From Candidatus Zambryskiibacteriota bacterium (GTDB taxonomy: Bacteria; Patescibacteriota; Minisyncoccia; Phycocordibacterales; DATDWN01), in the NCBI GenBank assembly GCA_023267045.1, contig JAHFOB010000002.1, positions 2,032 through 66,031 on the forward strand: DNA of 64,000 bases, given 5' to 3'. Every line of letters begins with the position of its first letter. Within the stretch, counting starts at the first letter, position 1. Below the pieces are notes generated by a model. That model saw only the letters and a list, made by a program, of their open reading frames with translations. It did no database searches and was not told the DNA's origin. A program made the position numbers and the translations under genes. Below, piece after piece: positions 35,226 to 46,192 of this stretch.

Positions 35226-36476
35226 ATGAATAAATTTTCTTTTGAAATACATAAAGAATTTACAAATGGTTTGGGGAGAGTTGGTACAATACATACTCCG
35301 CACGGTGACATACTGACACCAGCTTTTGTAGCAGTTGGCACAAAAGGAACGGTCAAAGGCTTAACACCAGAACAAATAAAAAGTACAGGTGTACAAACGA
35401 TTATCGCAAACACATATCATTTGTATCTTGATCCGGGAGCAGAACAGGTCGAAAAAATGGGTGGATTGCACAAAGTCATGGGCTGGAACGGACCACTTTT
35501 AACTGACTCTGGAGGTTTTCAGGTTTTTTCTCTTGGTGTGGCGTATGGAAAAGGCATTAGTAAAGTTTCTCATGGAAAAATCGAAGAGTTGGTATTGTCG
35601 GAGCCAAGCGAAGATGCCGAGCAAAGCGAGGTGCCGAAAATCGCGAAGGTAGACGCAAATGGTGTTATGTTTCGAGCGCACGACAGCGGAGATGCACATT
35701 ATTTTACTCCAGAAAAATCAATCGATATTCAGTACAATCTTGGCGCAGATATTATTTTTGCTTTTGATGAATGCACTGCTCCAAATGAGTCAGATCATTA
35801 TCAAAAAGAAGCACTTGAGCGGACTCACAGATGGGCGAAGAGGTCATTAGAACATCATAAGAAATTACTCTTCCAAAAACAAAACATGTCAAAGATGCCC
35901 TTTGACATCTTTCCCGCGATATTTGGGGTAGTTCAAGGGGGGCGAGACGAAAAGCTAAGAAAGGAAAGTGCGGAATACATCGGCTCACTAGATTTTGATG
36001 GGTTCGGTATTGGTGGATCGTTTGAAAAAGAAGATATGGAAAAAGCAGTCGAGTGGGTCAATGGAATTTTACCAAAAGAAAAACCTAGACACTTGCTAGG
36101 AATCGGTGAGCCAATGGATTTATTTATGGCAGTTGAAAAAGGTTGTGACTTGTTTGACTGTGTTGCGCCGACACGACTTGGTAGAAACGGGGGGGTTTAC
36201 ACAAGTCATGGGAAAATAAATTTATTTAATAAAGAATTTCGGGATGACTTAAAACCACTTGATGAAAATTGTACTTGTTATGCGTGTAAAAACTTTTCTC
36301 GTGCCTACATTGCGCATCTGTTCCACGCAAAAGAAATGCTCGCAGGAACTCTGGCTTCCATTCACAATATTTATTTTATAACACACATGGTTTCCAAAAT
36401 GCGTGAAGAAATGTTAAACGGCGATTTTTTATCTTACAAAAAGGACTTTCTGAGTAAATATTATAGAAATCCCTAG
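35226..36476 (+). CDS. tgt: queuine/guanine tRNA-ribosyltransferase (TGT family)
   Basis: LTDSGGFQV, zinc site CTCYAC...H, with an acidic insert; TGT fold motifs throughout. Confidence 0.85.
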   Translation: MNKFSFEIHKEFTNGLGRVGTIHTPHGDILTPAFVAVGTKGTVKGLTPEQIKSTGVQTIIANTYHLYLDPGAEQVEKMGGLHKVMGWNGPLLTDSGGFQVFSLGVAYGKGISKVSHGKIEELVLSEPSEDAEQSEVPKIAKVDANGVMFRAHDSGDAHYFTPEKSIDIQYNLGADIIFAFDECTAPNESDHYQKEALERTHRWAKRSLEHHKKLLFQKQNMSKMPFDIFPAIFGVVQGGRDEKLRKESAEYIGSLDFDGFGIGGSFEKEDMEKAVEWVNGILPKEKPRHLLGIGEPMDLFMAVEKGCDLFDCVAPTRLGRNGGVYTSHGKINLFNKEFRDDLKPLDENCTCYACKNFSRAYIAHLFHAKEMLAGTLASIHNIYFITHMVSKMREEMLNGDFLSYKKDFLSKYYRNP

Positions 36477-36530
36477 AGACTTGCCGCCCTTTTTCTTTAT
36501 TCAAAAATATTGTATAGTACAAGGTCACTT

Positions 36531-36654
36531 AAAATATCTTTCTCGTCACAACTTTTTCTAGTAACAGAATAATTTTCTACTGAAAATTTTCTTTCTGCTC
36601 ACCTTTTCACAGGTTCCGCAGATACTAGAAAAATTTGTGACTCGACGATATTTT
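36531..36654 (+). repeat. R-element copy B, immediately upstream of the uvrB promoter
   Basis: AAAATATC...CACAACTTTTTCTAGTA...TACTAGAAAAATTTGTG...GATATTTT. Arm substitutions relative to copy A are mirrored on both arms. Confidence 0.8.
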
Positions 36655-36675
36655 GTGAGTTTTATAATCAAATTT

Positions 36676-38790
36676 ATGAAGTTCCAAATCAAAAGAGAGT
36701 TTGAACCAGCAGGCGATCAGCCAAAAGCGATCAAGAGTTTGGTAGAAGGTGTAAAAAAAGGTCTGAAGCACCAGACTCTTTTTGGCGTGACTGGAAGTGG
36801 AAAAACTTACACTGTTGCCAACGTCATCCAAGAAATTCAAAAACCAACTCTAGTCATTGCCCACAATAAAACACTCGCTGCTCAGCTGGCCCAAGAGTAT
36901 CGAGAATTTTTCCCAAACAACGCAGTACACTTTTTCGTTTCGTACTATGACTACTATCAACCAGAAGCTTATATGCCGGTTTCTGACACATACATAGAAA
37001 AGGAAGCAATGATAAACGAGGAGATTGAGCGACTTCGGCATGCATCAACACAGGCATTATTAACCAGAAATGATGTCATAATTGTCGCTTCAGTTTCCTG
37101 TATTTACGGTTTGGGTTCTCCAGTTGAATATGAAAAAGTTAATTTGAAAGTAAGTGTGAGTGAAAAAATATCACGGGCAGATTTTATACGAAACTTAATA
37201 GACATTCATTTTGAAAGAACAACAGCTGATCTGAAACCAGGAATGTTTCGAGCCATTGGAAATATGTTGGAAATTATGCCAGTGTCAGAAAAAGTAATTT
37301 ATAGGATAGAAATAGAAAATAATAAAATAGAAAATATAATAAAATTAAATGCAATAACAAGAGAAATTATAGAAAAAACCAACACATTTTTTCTTTTCCC
37401 GGCAAAACATTTTATTTCGACACCAGAACAAAGCCAGCGAGCATTCAAGACAATAAAAGCCGAGCTCGCCATGCGTTTAAAAGAACTCGAAAAAGAGGGC
37501 AAAAATCTGGAAGCAGAACGACTAAAACGTCGAACGACCTACGATTTGGCTTTGATACGAGAAATGGGATATTGCAACGGAATCGAAAACTACTCACGAC
37601 ATTTTTCTGGTAAAAAAGCAGGTGAAGCGCCAGACACATTACTTTCGTATTTTCCACACAAGGCTGATGGTAGTGCTGATTTTTTGACTATCATTGATGA
37701 AAGTCATGTCTCTGTTCCGCAGATCGGGGCAATGTATGCTGGGGACGCTTCTCGAAAACAAAGTTTGGTTGACTACGGATTTAGATTACCAAGTGCAAAA
37801 GATAATAGACCACTGAAGTTTGCCGAGTTTGAAGCACGTGTTGGACAGACTATATATACATCAGCAACACCAAGCGACTATGAAAGAGAACACAGTGAGC
37901 AAATAGTGGAGCAAGTTATACGACCAACAGGGCTTATCGATCCTGTTGTTGAGGTGCGTCCAATAGTAAGTAACTTAAAATCAAATGAGAATAAAAAACA
38001 TTCTAATATTCTCAAGAATACGAGAATAAGTGGATATCCTGGGCAGATAAAAGATTTTATCGAAGAGTCTCAAAAAGCAATCAAAGTTGGCGGGAGAGTT
38101 ATTGCCACGACGTTGACCAAAAAGATGGCAGAAGATTTAAGTGAATATCTCAAAGAGAAAAAGATCAAATCTGAATATTTGCATAGCGATATAAAAACAA
38201 TAGAAAGAATAGAAAGACTGACAGAATTTCGTCGAGGTACATTCGACGTTCTTGTTGGGGTAAATCTTTTGCGAGAGGGGTTGGATTTACCAGAAGTCAC
38301 TTTGATCGGAATTTTGGACGCTGATAAAGAAGGATTTTTGCGAAGTCAGACGAGTTTGATACAGATTATTGGTCGAGCGGCAAGAAATGTAGACGGCAAA
38401 GTTATTTTGTACGCCGACACCGTTACGGGTTCGATGAAATATGCTATAGACGAGACACAAAGACGTAGAGATCTACAGATGGCATATAACCAAAAACACG
38501 GTATCACGCCAAAAACAATCATAAAAAAAATTCAGGACATTACCGATCAGATGAAAACGGAACACGCAAAAACAGTTGGAGCTTTGATCGAGCTTGATAA
38601 ACGGATGATGGCAAAAGATCCACAAAAACTTATCGCTCAAAAAGAAAAACAAATGGATGGTGCGGTGAAGATTTTGGATTTTGAAACGGCGGCAATACTA
38701 CGGGACGAAATCGCAGCACTTTTGAAAATGATTGCACCGAAAAAAGAGAAAAAGATCAAAAATCCAAGAAACAAGGATTTATTGATGTAG
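36676..38790 (+). CDS. uvrB: excinuclease ABC subunit B
   Basis: MKFQIKREFEPAGDQPKAI N-terminus, GVTGSGKT, helicase motifs, C-terminal UVR domain. ATG at 36676 is preferred over track start 36637; TTTTATAAT box at 36660. Confidence 0.9.
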   Translation: MKFQIKREFEPAGDQPKAIKSLVEGVKKGLKHQTLFGVTGSGKTYTVANVIQEIQKPTLVIAHNKTLAAQLAQEYREFFPNNAVHFFVSYYDYYQPEAYMPVSDTYIEKEAMINEEIERLRHASTQALLTRNDVIIVASVSCIYGLGSPVEYEKVNLKVSVSEKISRADFIRNLIDIHFERTTADLKPGMFRAIGNMLEIMPVSEKVIYRIEIENNKIENIIKLNAITREIIEKTNTFFLFPAKHFISTPEQSQRAFKTIKAELAMRLKELEKEGKNLEAERLKRRTTYDLALIREMGYCNGIENYSRHFSGKKAGEAPDTLLSYFPHKADGSADFLTIIDESHVSVPQIGAMYAGDASRKQSLVDYGFRLPSAKDNRPLKFAEFEARVGQTIYTSATPSDYEREHSEQIVEQVIRPTGLIDPVVEVRPIVSNLKSNENKKHSNILKNTRISGYPGQIKDFIEESQKAIKVGGRVIATTLTKKMAEDLSEYLKEKKIKSEYLHSDIKTIERIERLTEFRRGTFDVLVGVNLLREGLDLPEVTLIGILDADKEGFLRSQTSLIQIIGRAARNVDGKVILYADTVTGSMKYAIDETQRRRDLQMAYNQKHGITPKTIIKKIQDITDQMKTEHAKTVGALIELDKRMMAKDPQKLIAQKEKQMDGAVKILDFETAAILRDEIAALLKMIAPKKEKKIKNPRNKDLLM

Positions 38791-38835
38791 TTGACTTTTA
38801 GTCAAATATATCATACATTATCGGTTGGAGGTAGT

Positions 38836-38928
38836 ATGCATCAAGCAGCCTTGTATGGGTTTATCATGGTCTTTTTAGGAGTTGCCCTCGGTTTGATACC
38901 AGTGATCTTGTATAGACCGAGGAAGTGA
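38836..38928 (+). CDS. small hydrophobic peptide (30 aa) with a strong SD
   Basis: GGAGGTAGTATG; MHQAALYGFIMVFLGVALGLIPVILYRPRK is a single TM helix. Confidence 0.35.
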   Translation: MHQAALYGFIMVFLGVALGLIPVILYRPRK

Positions 38929-39044
38929 TTTCCTGCCGGCAGATTCCATCGTGGGTCTGTCGGTTTGTCGTATATAGAAAGTATGATATTATCCCACATA
39001 CATGTATAGACCGAACGCGGTCTCTATTTGCGTGTATCTTTCAT

Positions 39045-41744
39045 ATGAATATGAAAAAAAACGAAGAAAAAATCATAGTTAAGGGCGCTCGAACCCACAA
39101 TCTGAAAAACATCACGGTAGAAATGCCACGTAATAAAATGGTCGTTTTTACAGGACTTTCAGGTTCTGGTAAGTCCTCTCTAGCTTTTGACACTATTTTT
39201 GCTGAAGGCCAACGTAGATACGTTGAGTCATTATCTTCATACGCTAGACAGTTCTTGCGCCAAATGCAAAAACCAGACGTCGATGAGATCGCCGGACTTT
39301 CTCCAGCAATTTCTATTGACCAAAAGTCTCGATCAAATAATCCAAGATCGACGGTTGCAACTATCACCGAGATTTATGACTATCTTCGAATATTATATTC
39401 ACGTATTGGTCATCCACACTGTCTGGTCTGTGGAGATGAAATAACAAAACTTTCAAACGAAGAAATAAAAAACTTCATTTTAGAGAAGATAGAAAATAGA
39501 AGATTAAATTCAAAAGAAGGAATTAAACCAAAAATTCCTCTACCAGTATATGTGGAGATCTTTGCTCCAGTGGTCAAGGGTCGGAAGGGTGAGTATTACC
39601 AGCTTCTTTATGATCTTTTAGGAAAAGGATTTTCACATATTTTGGTTGATGGTGTTCGCAAGTCACTCCGCGAGAGGATCGAACTTTCTAAAACAACTCG
39701 TCACAGTATCGATGTCCTCGTTGACTCGATTTCTCTTTTAGACTTTAATTCTGATCCGAAAAGTGCTGAAGAAAGACTGTCAGAAGATTTGGAAAAAGCT
39801 TTGCACGAATCCGATGGTCAAGTAAAGATTATTTTCCGGGACTTAGCAGAAGAAGGTCGGCAACCGCCGAAGGCGAGCAGTGGTCGTATGACCAACGAAT
39901 TTTTCATGTCCTCAAAACTTTCTTGTCCAAAGGATGGTTATTCCTATCCAGAAGTTGAACCACGACTTTTTTCTTTCAACTCTCCGTACGGTGCCTGTCC
40001 AGAATGTAATGGTTTGGGGACACGGCACTTTTTTGGAAGTGAACCGTGTCCAAAGTGCCACGGTGCCAGACTTCGAGAAGAGGCTCTACATGTGACCCTT
40101 GGAGATTCAACTCCAAGGAGTCATGCCGAAAGTAATTCTGAGGCATCAAAAAGAAAAGGAGAAAATATTGTGGATTTAACAGCTATGTCGATTAAAGACG
40201 TCTACGATTTTTTTCAGAAAGTAAAACTAACCGAGCGTGAGAAAAATATTTCTAAAGTAGTGATGAAAGAAATAGAATCAAGACTAATTTTCATGATAAA
40301 TGTCGGTATTGAATATTTGTCGCTCAATCGTCGAGCTCATACTCTCTCTGGTGGAGAAGCACAGAGAATTCGTCTTGCTTCACAACTTGGTTCAGGTCTT
40401 GTTGGCGCGCTGTATGTTCTAGATGAGCCTACGATCGGACTTCACTCACGCGATAACGACCGTCTGATCAAAACACTTTTAAATCTACGCGATCTAGGAA
40501 ACACCATAATCGTCGTGGAACATGATGAAGATACGATTTTTGCTTCGGATTATTTGGTTGATATTGGTCCAGGTGCTGGTGTTCATGGTGGATACGTTGT
40601 TGTTTCAGGAGATTTGGATGAACTGATCACTGCAAAGAAAAATACATCTGGTTCAGTGACGTTGGACTATTTGCGAGGTGACAAAGTTCTCGAAGTTCCA
40701 CAGGAGAGACGAGAAAGCGAAAAAGGTCAGTTGCAGATTAGGGGCGGAAAAATATTTAATATAAAAAACATGAACGTTGATATTCCACTCGGGCGATTTA
40801 TTGCTGTGACTGGAGTGTCAGGTTCTGGTAAATCATCTTTTGTTTACGAAATTTTGCACAGAAATTTGCAAGCTCGTTTTGAGAGAAAATATCGATCAGC
40901 CGAAATTTATAATTGTAAATCGTTTGCTGGCACAGAATATTTGGGTCGAGCAATACTGATAGATCAGTCACCGATCGGACGAACTCCACGCTCAAATCCA
41001 GCGACATACACGGGCTCATGGACTTTTATTCGAGATTTGTTTGCTGAAACTGTAGAGGCTCGTGCTCGTGGTTGGAAGTCAAACAGATTTTCTTTCAACG
41101 TCAAAGGTGGTCGATGCGAAACCTGCCAAGGAAACGGAATGATCGAAGTTGAAATGCACTTTTTGCCGACTGTTTATGTGCCTTGCGATGTCTGCAAAGG
41201 CAAGCGGTTTATGAAAGAAACCCTCGAAGTTCATTACAAAAAGAAAAATATTTATGATGTTTTGAAAATGACAGTTGAAGAAGCGCTGGCGTTTTTTGAA
41301 GATATTCCTGCTGTATCCGATCGTCTTAAATCCCTAGACGATGTAGGTCTGGGCTATCTCGAACTTGGCCAGTCAGCCACAACTCTTTCTGGTGGAGAAG
41401 CTCAACGTGTTAAAATATCTTCGGAACTATATCGACCACATTTGCAAAAAACTATCTACCTTTTGGACGAGCCGACTATTGGACTTCACTACGAAGACGT
41501 CAAAAAGTTAATCGAGATTTTGCAAAAACTTGTTGATAAAGGTAATACCGTTGTTGTTATTGAACACAACATGGATATTATAAAATCCACTGACTATATT
41601 TTAGACATCGGTCCAGAAGGTGGTGACGGAGGTGGTCAGCTCGTTGCAAAAGGAACGCCAGAAGAGATAGCAAATAATGATCGGTCATATACCGGCAAGT
41701 ATCTAAAGAAGGCACTTAAACAATACAGGGCTTATAGGAAGTAA
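39045..41744 (+). CDS. uvrA: excinuclease ABC subunit A
   Basis: Two ABC modules (GLSGSGKSS / [14 protein letters not shown] signatures) and zinc-finger Cys clusters. The start is at 39045 or 39051 ([20 protein letters not shown]); the track's N-terminal extension from 38925 is unlikely. Confidence 0.9.
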   Translation: MNMKKNEEKIIVKGARTHNLKNITVEMPRNKMVVFTGLSGSGKSSLAFDTIFAEGQRRYVESLSSYARQFLRQMQKPDVDEIAGLSPAISIDQKSRSNNPRSTVATITEIYDYLRILYSRIGHPHCLVCGDEITKLSNEEIKNFILEKIENRRLNSKEGIKPKIPLPVYVEIFAPVVKGRKGEYYQLLYDLLGKGFSHILVDGVRKSLRERIELSKTTRHSIDVLVDSISLLDFNSDPKSAEERLSEDLEKALHESDGQVKIIFRDLAEEGRQPPKASSGRMTNEFFMSSKLSCPKDGYSYPEVEPRLFSFNSPYGACPECNGLGTRHFFGSEPCPKCHGARLREEALHVTLGDSTPRSHAESNSEASKRKGENIVDLTAMSIKDVYDFFQKVKLTEREKNISKVVMKEIESRLIFMINVGIEYLSLNRRAHTLSGGEAQRIRLASQLGSGLVGALYVLDEPTIGLHSRDNDRLIKTLLNLRDLGNTIIVVEHDEDTIFASDYLVDIGPGAGVHGGYVVVSGDLDELITAKKNTSGSVTLDYLRGDKVLEVPQERRESEKGQLQIRGGKIFNIKNMNVDIPLGRFIAVTGVSGSGKSSFVYEILHRNLQARFERKYRSAEIYNCKSFAGTEYLGRAILIDQSPIGRTPRSNPATYTGSWTFIRDLFAETVEARARGWKSNRFSFNVKGGRCETCQGNGMIEVEMHFLPTVYVPCDVCKGKRFMKETLEVHYKKKNIYDVLKMTVEEALAFFEDIPAVSDRLKSLDDVGLGYLELGQSATTLSGGEAQRVKISSELYRPHLQKTIYLLDEPTIGLHYEDVKKLIEILQKLVDKGNTVVVIEHNMDIIKSTDYILDIGPEGGDGGGQLVAKGTPEEIANNDRSYTGKYLKKALKQYRAYRK

Positions 41745-41942
41745 AGTTTCTTTTTCCTGATGATTTTTTCTAGTAACAGAATAATTTCTTGTTAGAAATT
41801 TTCTTTCTTCCTTACAGGAACTGTACACCTTTCGCATTCTGATTACAGAACGCTCAAGGTCTTGCGAAGTGATAACATCACTTCTCACTCACTTTCACAG
41901 GTTCCGCAGATACTAGAAAAAATCATAAGTCAACGAAACTTT
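41743..41942 (+). repeat. R-element copy C (200 nt, with an ~85-nt internal insertion), overlapping the uvrA stop codon
   Basis: AAAGTTTC...TGATTTTTTCTAGTA...core+insert...TACTAGAAAAAATCA...GAAACTTT. Both the inner and outer arm differences relative to copies A/B are compensatory. Confidence 0.75.
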
Positions 41943-41973
41943 AAAATGTTGTTTGTAATTTTGTGTAAAAGAA

Positions 41974-41998
41974 AACGGCGCCGATTTCTCGGCGCCTA
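41974..41998 (-). terminator. Terminator hairpin for 41996..42214
   Basis: GGCGCCGAgaaaTCGGCGCC followed on the minus strand by GTTTTCTTTT. Confidence 0.5.
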
Positions 41999-42214
41999 GC
42001 AAACACGTGATGAGATTACTTCCCAATGCAGATTAACCGCTTCAACTCCTGACCAGTTGTATTCCTCAAGCTCGTCTTCAAGGATATCAGCAACTGTCTT
42101 GAAAGTTATTTTATCGGAAGAATGTACACAGGGAAGATATAATTCTTCTGGCCCAATGTTTTTCAAGACATTACCTCTCAAATCCGTGTAGATCATTTTC
42201 AGAAGAATTGGCAT
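41996..42214 (-). CDS. hypothetical protein (72 aa)
   Basis: ORF with its own terminator; acidic C-terminal half. Confidence 0.4.
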   Translation of the reverse strand: MPILLKMIYTDLRGNVLKNIGPEELYLPCVHSSDKITFKTVADILEDELEEYNWSGVEAVNLHWEVISSRVC

Positions 42215-42246
42215 CAGTACCTCTATACTAATGATACAAAAATCAA

Positions 42247-43611
42247 ATGGATAATCAAGCCAAAAAAATATTAGCTAAATTACCAGATACTCCCGGGGTG
42301 TATATTTTTAAACATGCCGATAAAATTCTCTACATAGGCAAAGCCACATCTCTTCGCGATCGAGTCCGTAGCTATATGTCAAAGGGCACCTTTGACAGTA
42401 GAGGTCCGCTCATTACAAAAATGCTGGGAGAGTTTGACAATATTGAACATATTAAAACTGATTCTGTTTTGGAGGCACTTGTTTTAGAAGCTAGTCTTAT
42501 AAAAAAATATCAGCCCGAAGCAAATATAAAAGAAAAAGATAATAAAAGTTTTAATTTTGTTGTTATTACAAAAGAGGATTTTCCAAGAGTTTTGATTGTT
42601 CGTGGAAGGGAATTAATGGACTCAAATGTTAATACTTCATCTCTTTCGATATATCGAAAGAGATTAAATTCTACCGATTTTAAAATTCAATATTCGTTCG
42701 GACCATTTCCAAATGGAAACCAACTCAAAGAAGCTATGAAGATTGTTCGTAAAATGTTCCCTTTTCGCGATAAGTGTATTCCTTGTATTATTCAGCGTCA
42801 GTCTGTGAAAAGTCTGCATAAGTCTGCGACTTGCCGACCTTGCTTTAGTAGGCAAGTAGGTTTGTGTCCTGGAGTTTGTACTGGGGAGATTTCAAAAGAA
42901 GAATATGCCGAGCGAGTAAAAAACATCATTTTATTTTTTGAAGGAAATAAAAAGAAATTAATGAAGAACCTTGAGAAACAAATGCAAAGTTTCGCAAAAG
43001 ATAAACATTTTGAAGAAGCAAACATTGCTAAACGTACATTATTTACACTAAACCATATTCAAGATATATCACTCTTAAAAGATGATATCAGCCATGGCGT
43101 ATATCCCCTTGATGGCCGTCTTCAAGGGGGATCTCAAGTGAGACAAGTGGGAATTAGGATTGAAAGTTATGATATCGCTCATATGTCTGGTCAAAATGTT
43201 GTTGGTGTTATGACGGTGGTGGAGGGTGGGGAAGTTAAAAAGTCTGATTATAGAAAGTTCAAAATCAAGAATGATCCTGGAGTAAACGACACAAAAGCGT
43301 TGTCAGAAGTTTTGGAAAGACGACTGGCACATATTGAGTGGAAATTTCCGGATCTTATTGTTGTGGATGGTGGTATTGCACAAAAAAATGTCGTGGAAAA
43401 AATTCTTTCAAAAAATAATCTTAAAATCCTAGTCGTTTCAGTTGTAAAAGACGAGCGACATAGACCACGAGAAATTATTGGTGATCGTTCGATTGCACTG
43501 ACGACAGGCAAAAAGTGGTCTGAAATTGAAAAAGAGATTCTACTTTCGAACGCCGAAGCGCATCGATATGGTATCGCCTTTCATAAACAGCTTCGTGGAA
43601 AGATAAAATAA
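42247..43611 (+). CDS. uvrC: excinuclease ABC subunit C (short form, 454 aa)
   Basis: GIY-YIG N-terminus (PDTPGVYIFKHADKILYIGKATSLRDRV), UvrBC-interaction region, RNase H-like endonuclease domain. The C-terminal HhH region appears to be absent. Confidence 0.8.
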   Translation: MDNQAKKILAKLPDTPGVYIFKHADKILYIGKATSLRDRVRSYMSKGTFDSRGPLITKMLGEFDNIEHIKTDSVLEALVLEASLIKKYQPEANIKEKDNKSFNFVVITKEDFPRVLIVRGRELMDSNVNTSSLSIYRKRLNSTDFKIQYSFGPFPNGNQLKEAMKIVRKMFPFRDKCIPCIIQRQSVKSLHKSATCRPCFSRQVGLCPGVCTGEISKEEYAERVKNIILFFEGNKKKLMKNLEKQMQSFAKDKHFEEANIAKRTLFTLNHIQDISLLKDDISHGVYPLDGRLQGGSQVRQVGIRIESYDIAHMSGQNVVGVMTVVEGGEVKKSDYRKFKIKNDPGVNDTKALSEVLERRLAHIEWKFPDLIVVDGGIAQKNVVEKILSKNNLKILVVSVVKDERHRPREIIGDRSIALTTGKKWSEIEKEILLSNAEAHRYGIAFHKQLRGKIK

Positions 43612-43661
43612 ATCTTTCTCGACTTTTCGACATTGTGAGTGTACGGATGTATAATATTTCT

Positions 43662-44645
43662 ATGAATAATTTGTCTCGCTCTCTTCACATCGGTGTTATA
43701 CGAGGTGGACCATCTTCAGAATATGAAGTTTCGCTACAAACCGGTGGAAATGTTTTGAAAACTCTTTCAGAAACTCACAGTCCTGTAGATATTTTTATTT
43801 CTCGCGATGGTAAATGGCATATAAACGGTGTTGAGAGATCTCCGGAGAGAATTTTGAAAAATATCGACGTGGTTTTCAATGCTTTGCACGGAGAGTATGG
43901 TGAGGACGGTGGAGTTCAGGAAATTTTAGTTCATCACGGCGTGCCATTTACAGGTTCAGAAAGATATCCGTCGGCTATTGCAATGAACAAGTGGATGACA
44001 AAAGAACGTGCCAAAGCTATCGGTATAAAAACACCATTGGCAATGCTCGTTAGAAGGGAAGATTCTATAAATGAAAAAGCCAGAGAAATTTGGAGTGCAA
44101 TGCCACATCCTTTTATAGTTAAACCGACTTGTGGAGGATCATCCATCGGAGTATATATTGCAAATACTTTCAAAGAACTAGTTTCTTCACTTGAAAAAGT
44201 TTTAGAAATTCATGGTTCAGCTGTTGTTGAGGAGTATATTACTGGCAAAGAAGCGACATGCGGAGTAATAGATAATTTCCGTGAGCAGAAACTCTACGCT
44301 CTGCCGGTAGTAGAAATAATTCCACCAAAGAAAAGTAAATTTTTTGATAATGAATCAAAATACAATGGCCAAAGTAGGGAAGTTTGTCCTGGCAATTTTA
44401 GTGCAGAGGAAAAAACAGAAATGGAGAAAATCTCCAAAGAAATTCACGAAGTTCTCGGCCTTCGACACTATTCACGATCTGATTTCATCGTCTCACCTCG
44501 TCGCGGGATTTATTTTCTAGAAGTTAACACTCTTCCCGGTTTGACAAAAGAATCTCTTTTACCAAAATCTCTCCAAGCTGTAGGGGTATCTTTTATTGAT
44601 TTTATACATCACGTTTTAGGTTTGGCATTGAATAGAAACAATTAA
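43662..44645 (+). CDS. ddl: D-alanine--D-alanine ligase
   Basis: HIGVIRGGPSSEYEVSL..., HGEYGEDGGVQ, ATP-grasp motifs. The ATG at 43662 sits 6 nt after a TATAAT box (TCGACA-17-TATAAT), suggesting a leaderless mRNA. Alternative starts are GTG 43635 and ATG 43647. Confidence 0.8.
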   Translation: MNNLSRSLHIGVIRGGPSSEYEVSLQTGGNVLKTLSETHSPVDIFISRDGKWHINGVERSPERILKNIDVVFNALHGEYGEDGGVQEILVHHGVPFTGSERYPSAIAMNKWMTKERAKAIGIKTPLAMLVRREDSINEKAREIWSAMPHPFIVKPTCGGSSIGVYIANTFKELVSSLEKVLEIHGSAVVEEYITGKEATCGVIDNFREQKLYALPVVEIIPPKKSKFFDNESKYNGQSREVCPGNFSAEEKTEMEKISKEIHEVLGLRHYSRSDFIVSPRRGIYFLEVNTLPGLTKESLLPKSLQAVGVSFIDFIHHVLGLALNRNN

Positions 44646-44692
44646 TTGTTTAATTATTGACTTTTTGCTAGTCTTACTTCGGGAGGCTTAAA

Positions 44693-45007
44693 ATGCCTGA
44701 GCACAGGATTGCTATTGCTGAAGACATGGAACGGGATAAATCCAAGTTTCTCAAGTTACTTGAGAAACATGCTGTAGTGTGTCAGTATGATGGGCCGGAG
44801 GAATACATTCGATTTGTACTCGGCAAGTTCACCGACATTGATGTTGTCATTGCTCAACTCAAAGCGGAAGGGGTTTCGTTTGAAGAAGCTTACAACAAGT
44901 CCATGGTCTGGCCGAAGTTAACACCAGCTCCACCTAAGCTAAAGCCGACTCCGCCCAGAAGTTCTTGGTTCTCTAGATTTTTCGGCGCCTTTCATCTTCA
45001 CCGATGA
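44693..45007 (+). CDS. hypothetical protein (104 aa)
   Basis: SD GGGAGG; followed by a 12-bp terminator hairpin GGCGCCTTTCATC...GATGAAAGGCGC. Confidence 0.45.
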   Translation: MPEHRIAIAEDMERDKSKFLKLLEKHAVVCQYDGPEEYIRFVLGKFTDIDVVIAQLKAEGVSFEEAYNKSMVWPKLTPAPPKLKPTPPRSSWFSRFFGAFHLHR

Positions 45008-45054
45008 AAGGCGCTTGTCGTTTATCAAAATTTTTGTTATTATTTTTCTCGATT

Positions 45055-45093
45055 GGGCCCTTAGCTCATCTGGTAGAGCACCTCATTTGCAAT
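45055..45093 (+). other. Left junction (attL-like): 5' part of a disrupted tRNA-Ala(TGC) gene, ending in the core TTTGCAAT
   Basis: GGGCCCTTAGCTCATCTGGTAGAGCACCTCATTTGCAAT gives the acceptor 5' strand, a complete D-arm, the 5' anticodon stem and the anticodon loop UUUGCAA. The sequence after the core (AAATAGGTCTACCCC) cannot complete the tRNA. Confidence 0.75.
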
Positions 45094-45276
45094 AAATAGG
45101 TCTACCCCTTATTAATCAAATATCCCTTAGAATAAGGATAAAATTGATGTAAAACAGTCGACAAGACCACTTCTCTCACAAAACAGGTCACCGGCTCATT
45201 GAATTCATGTTGTTTTGACTCGTGTATTTTGACCAGGAATCCAATGAAATAATAACAACGGTAGGTTGTTATTATT

Positions 45277-46176
45277 ATGAATATACAAATATTGGCTCAG
45301 AAATTTTACGACTATTCATTGTATATGCGTGGTCGCAGACCAGCAACAATTAGACGATATAGACAGGCAATCAACTTGTACTCCAGACTGGCAGGAGTTT
45401 CAGAAATAGAACAAGTGACGGAAGACAATGTAAGACAATTCTTTTTTAATGGAAGAACTAAACGCAACTGGAAACCAAATTCGTTTATTTGTTTCTATCA
45501 TTCTCTGTTAGTATTTTTCAAATGGTGTCTGAATGAAAAGTATCTGACAAAAAATCCAATTGATGATCTTGAAATACCAAAGGTAGAAAAACGGTTGCCG
45601 GCCTGCCTTACCAAGCAGGATGCTTTCAAACTCATTGAAGTTGTTTATAACTATCCGTACGATTATAAATATTTGCGATACAGAAACCATGCTATATTTT
45701 CAACTTTTATTTTCTCTGGTTTAAGAAAGAAAGAGTTGTTGAAATTAAAATATACTGATATTGACCTGGAGAATCTAAGTATATTTGTTAATCAGGGCAA
45801 GGGTGGTAAAGATCGAATAATACCGATATGTAGCACTTTGGCCCAGAGCTTAAAACGTTACTTGGAGGAACGCAAACGACTCAACAAAACATGTCCAGAA
45901 TTCTTTGCATCTCTGAACCGAAATTGTGGATTTACTGATATGGGGCTCCGGGGGTTAGTCTTTAAGATAAGAAAGGCGTCTGGTATAAAATTCACAATTC
46001 ATAAACTCCGACACACCTTTGCAACATTAATGTTGGAAGGTGGTTGCGATATTTTTAGTTTGTCTAAAATGATGGGTCACAGTGACATCAAGACCACAAC
46101 AATTTATCTCTCAGCCAGTGCTAATCATTTAAGGTCGCAGATGATTAAACACCCGTTGAATGATTTGGTAACCTAG
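45277..46176 (+). CDS. tyrosine-type site-specific recombinase/integrase (int1)
   Basis: C-terminal catalytic region HKLRHTFATLMLEGGCDIFSLSKMMGHSDIKTTTIYL (R...HxxR...Y). Confidence 0.85.
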   Translation: MNIQILAQKFYDYSLYMRGRRPATIRRYRQAINLYSRLAGVSEIEQVTEDNVRQFFFNGRTKRNWKPNSFICFYHSLLVFFKWCLNEKYLTKNPIDDLEIPKVEKRLPACLTKQDAFKLIEVVYNYPYDYKYLRYRNHAIFSTFIFSGLRKKELLKLKYTDIDLENLSIFVNQGKGGKDRIIPICSTLAQSLKRYLEERKRLNKTCPEFFASLNRNCGFTDMGLRGLVFKIRKASGIKFTIHKLRHTFATLMLEGGCDIFSLSKMMGHSDIKTTTIYLSASANHLRSQMIKHPLNDLVT

Positions 46177-46192
46177 CTGTCTACTGTTTCTG

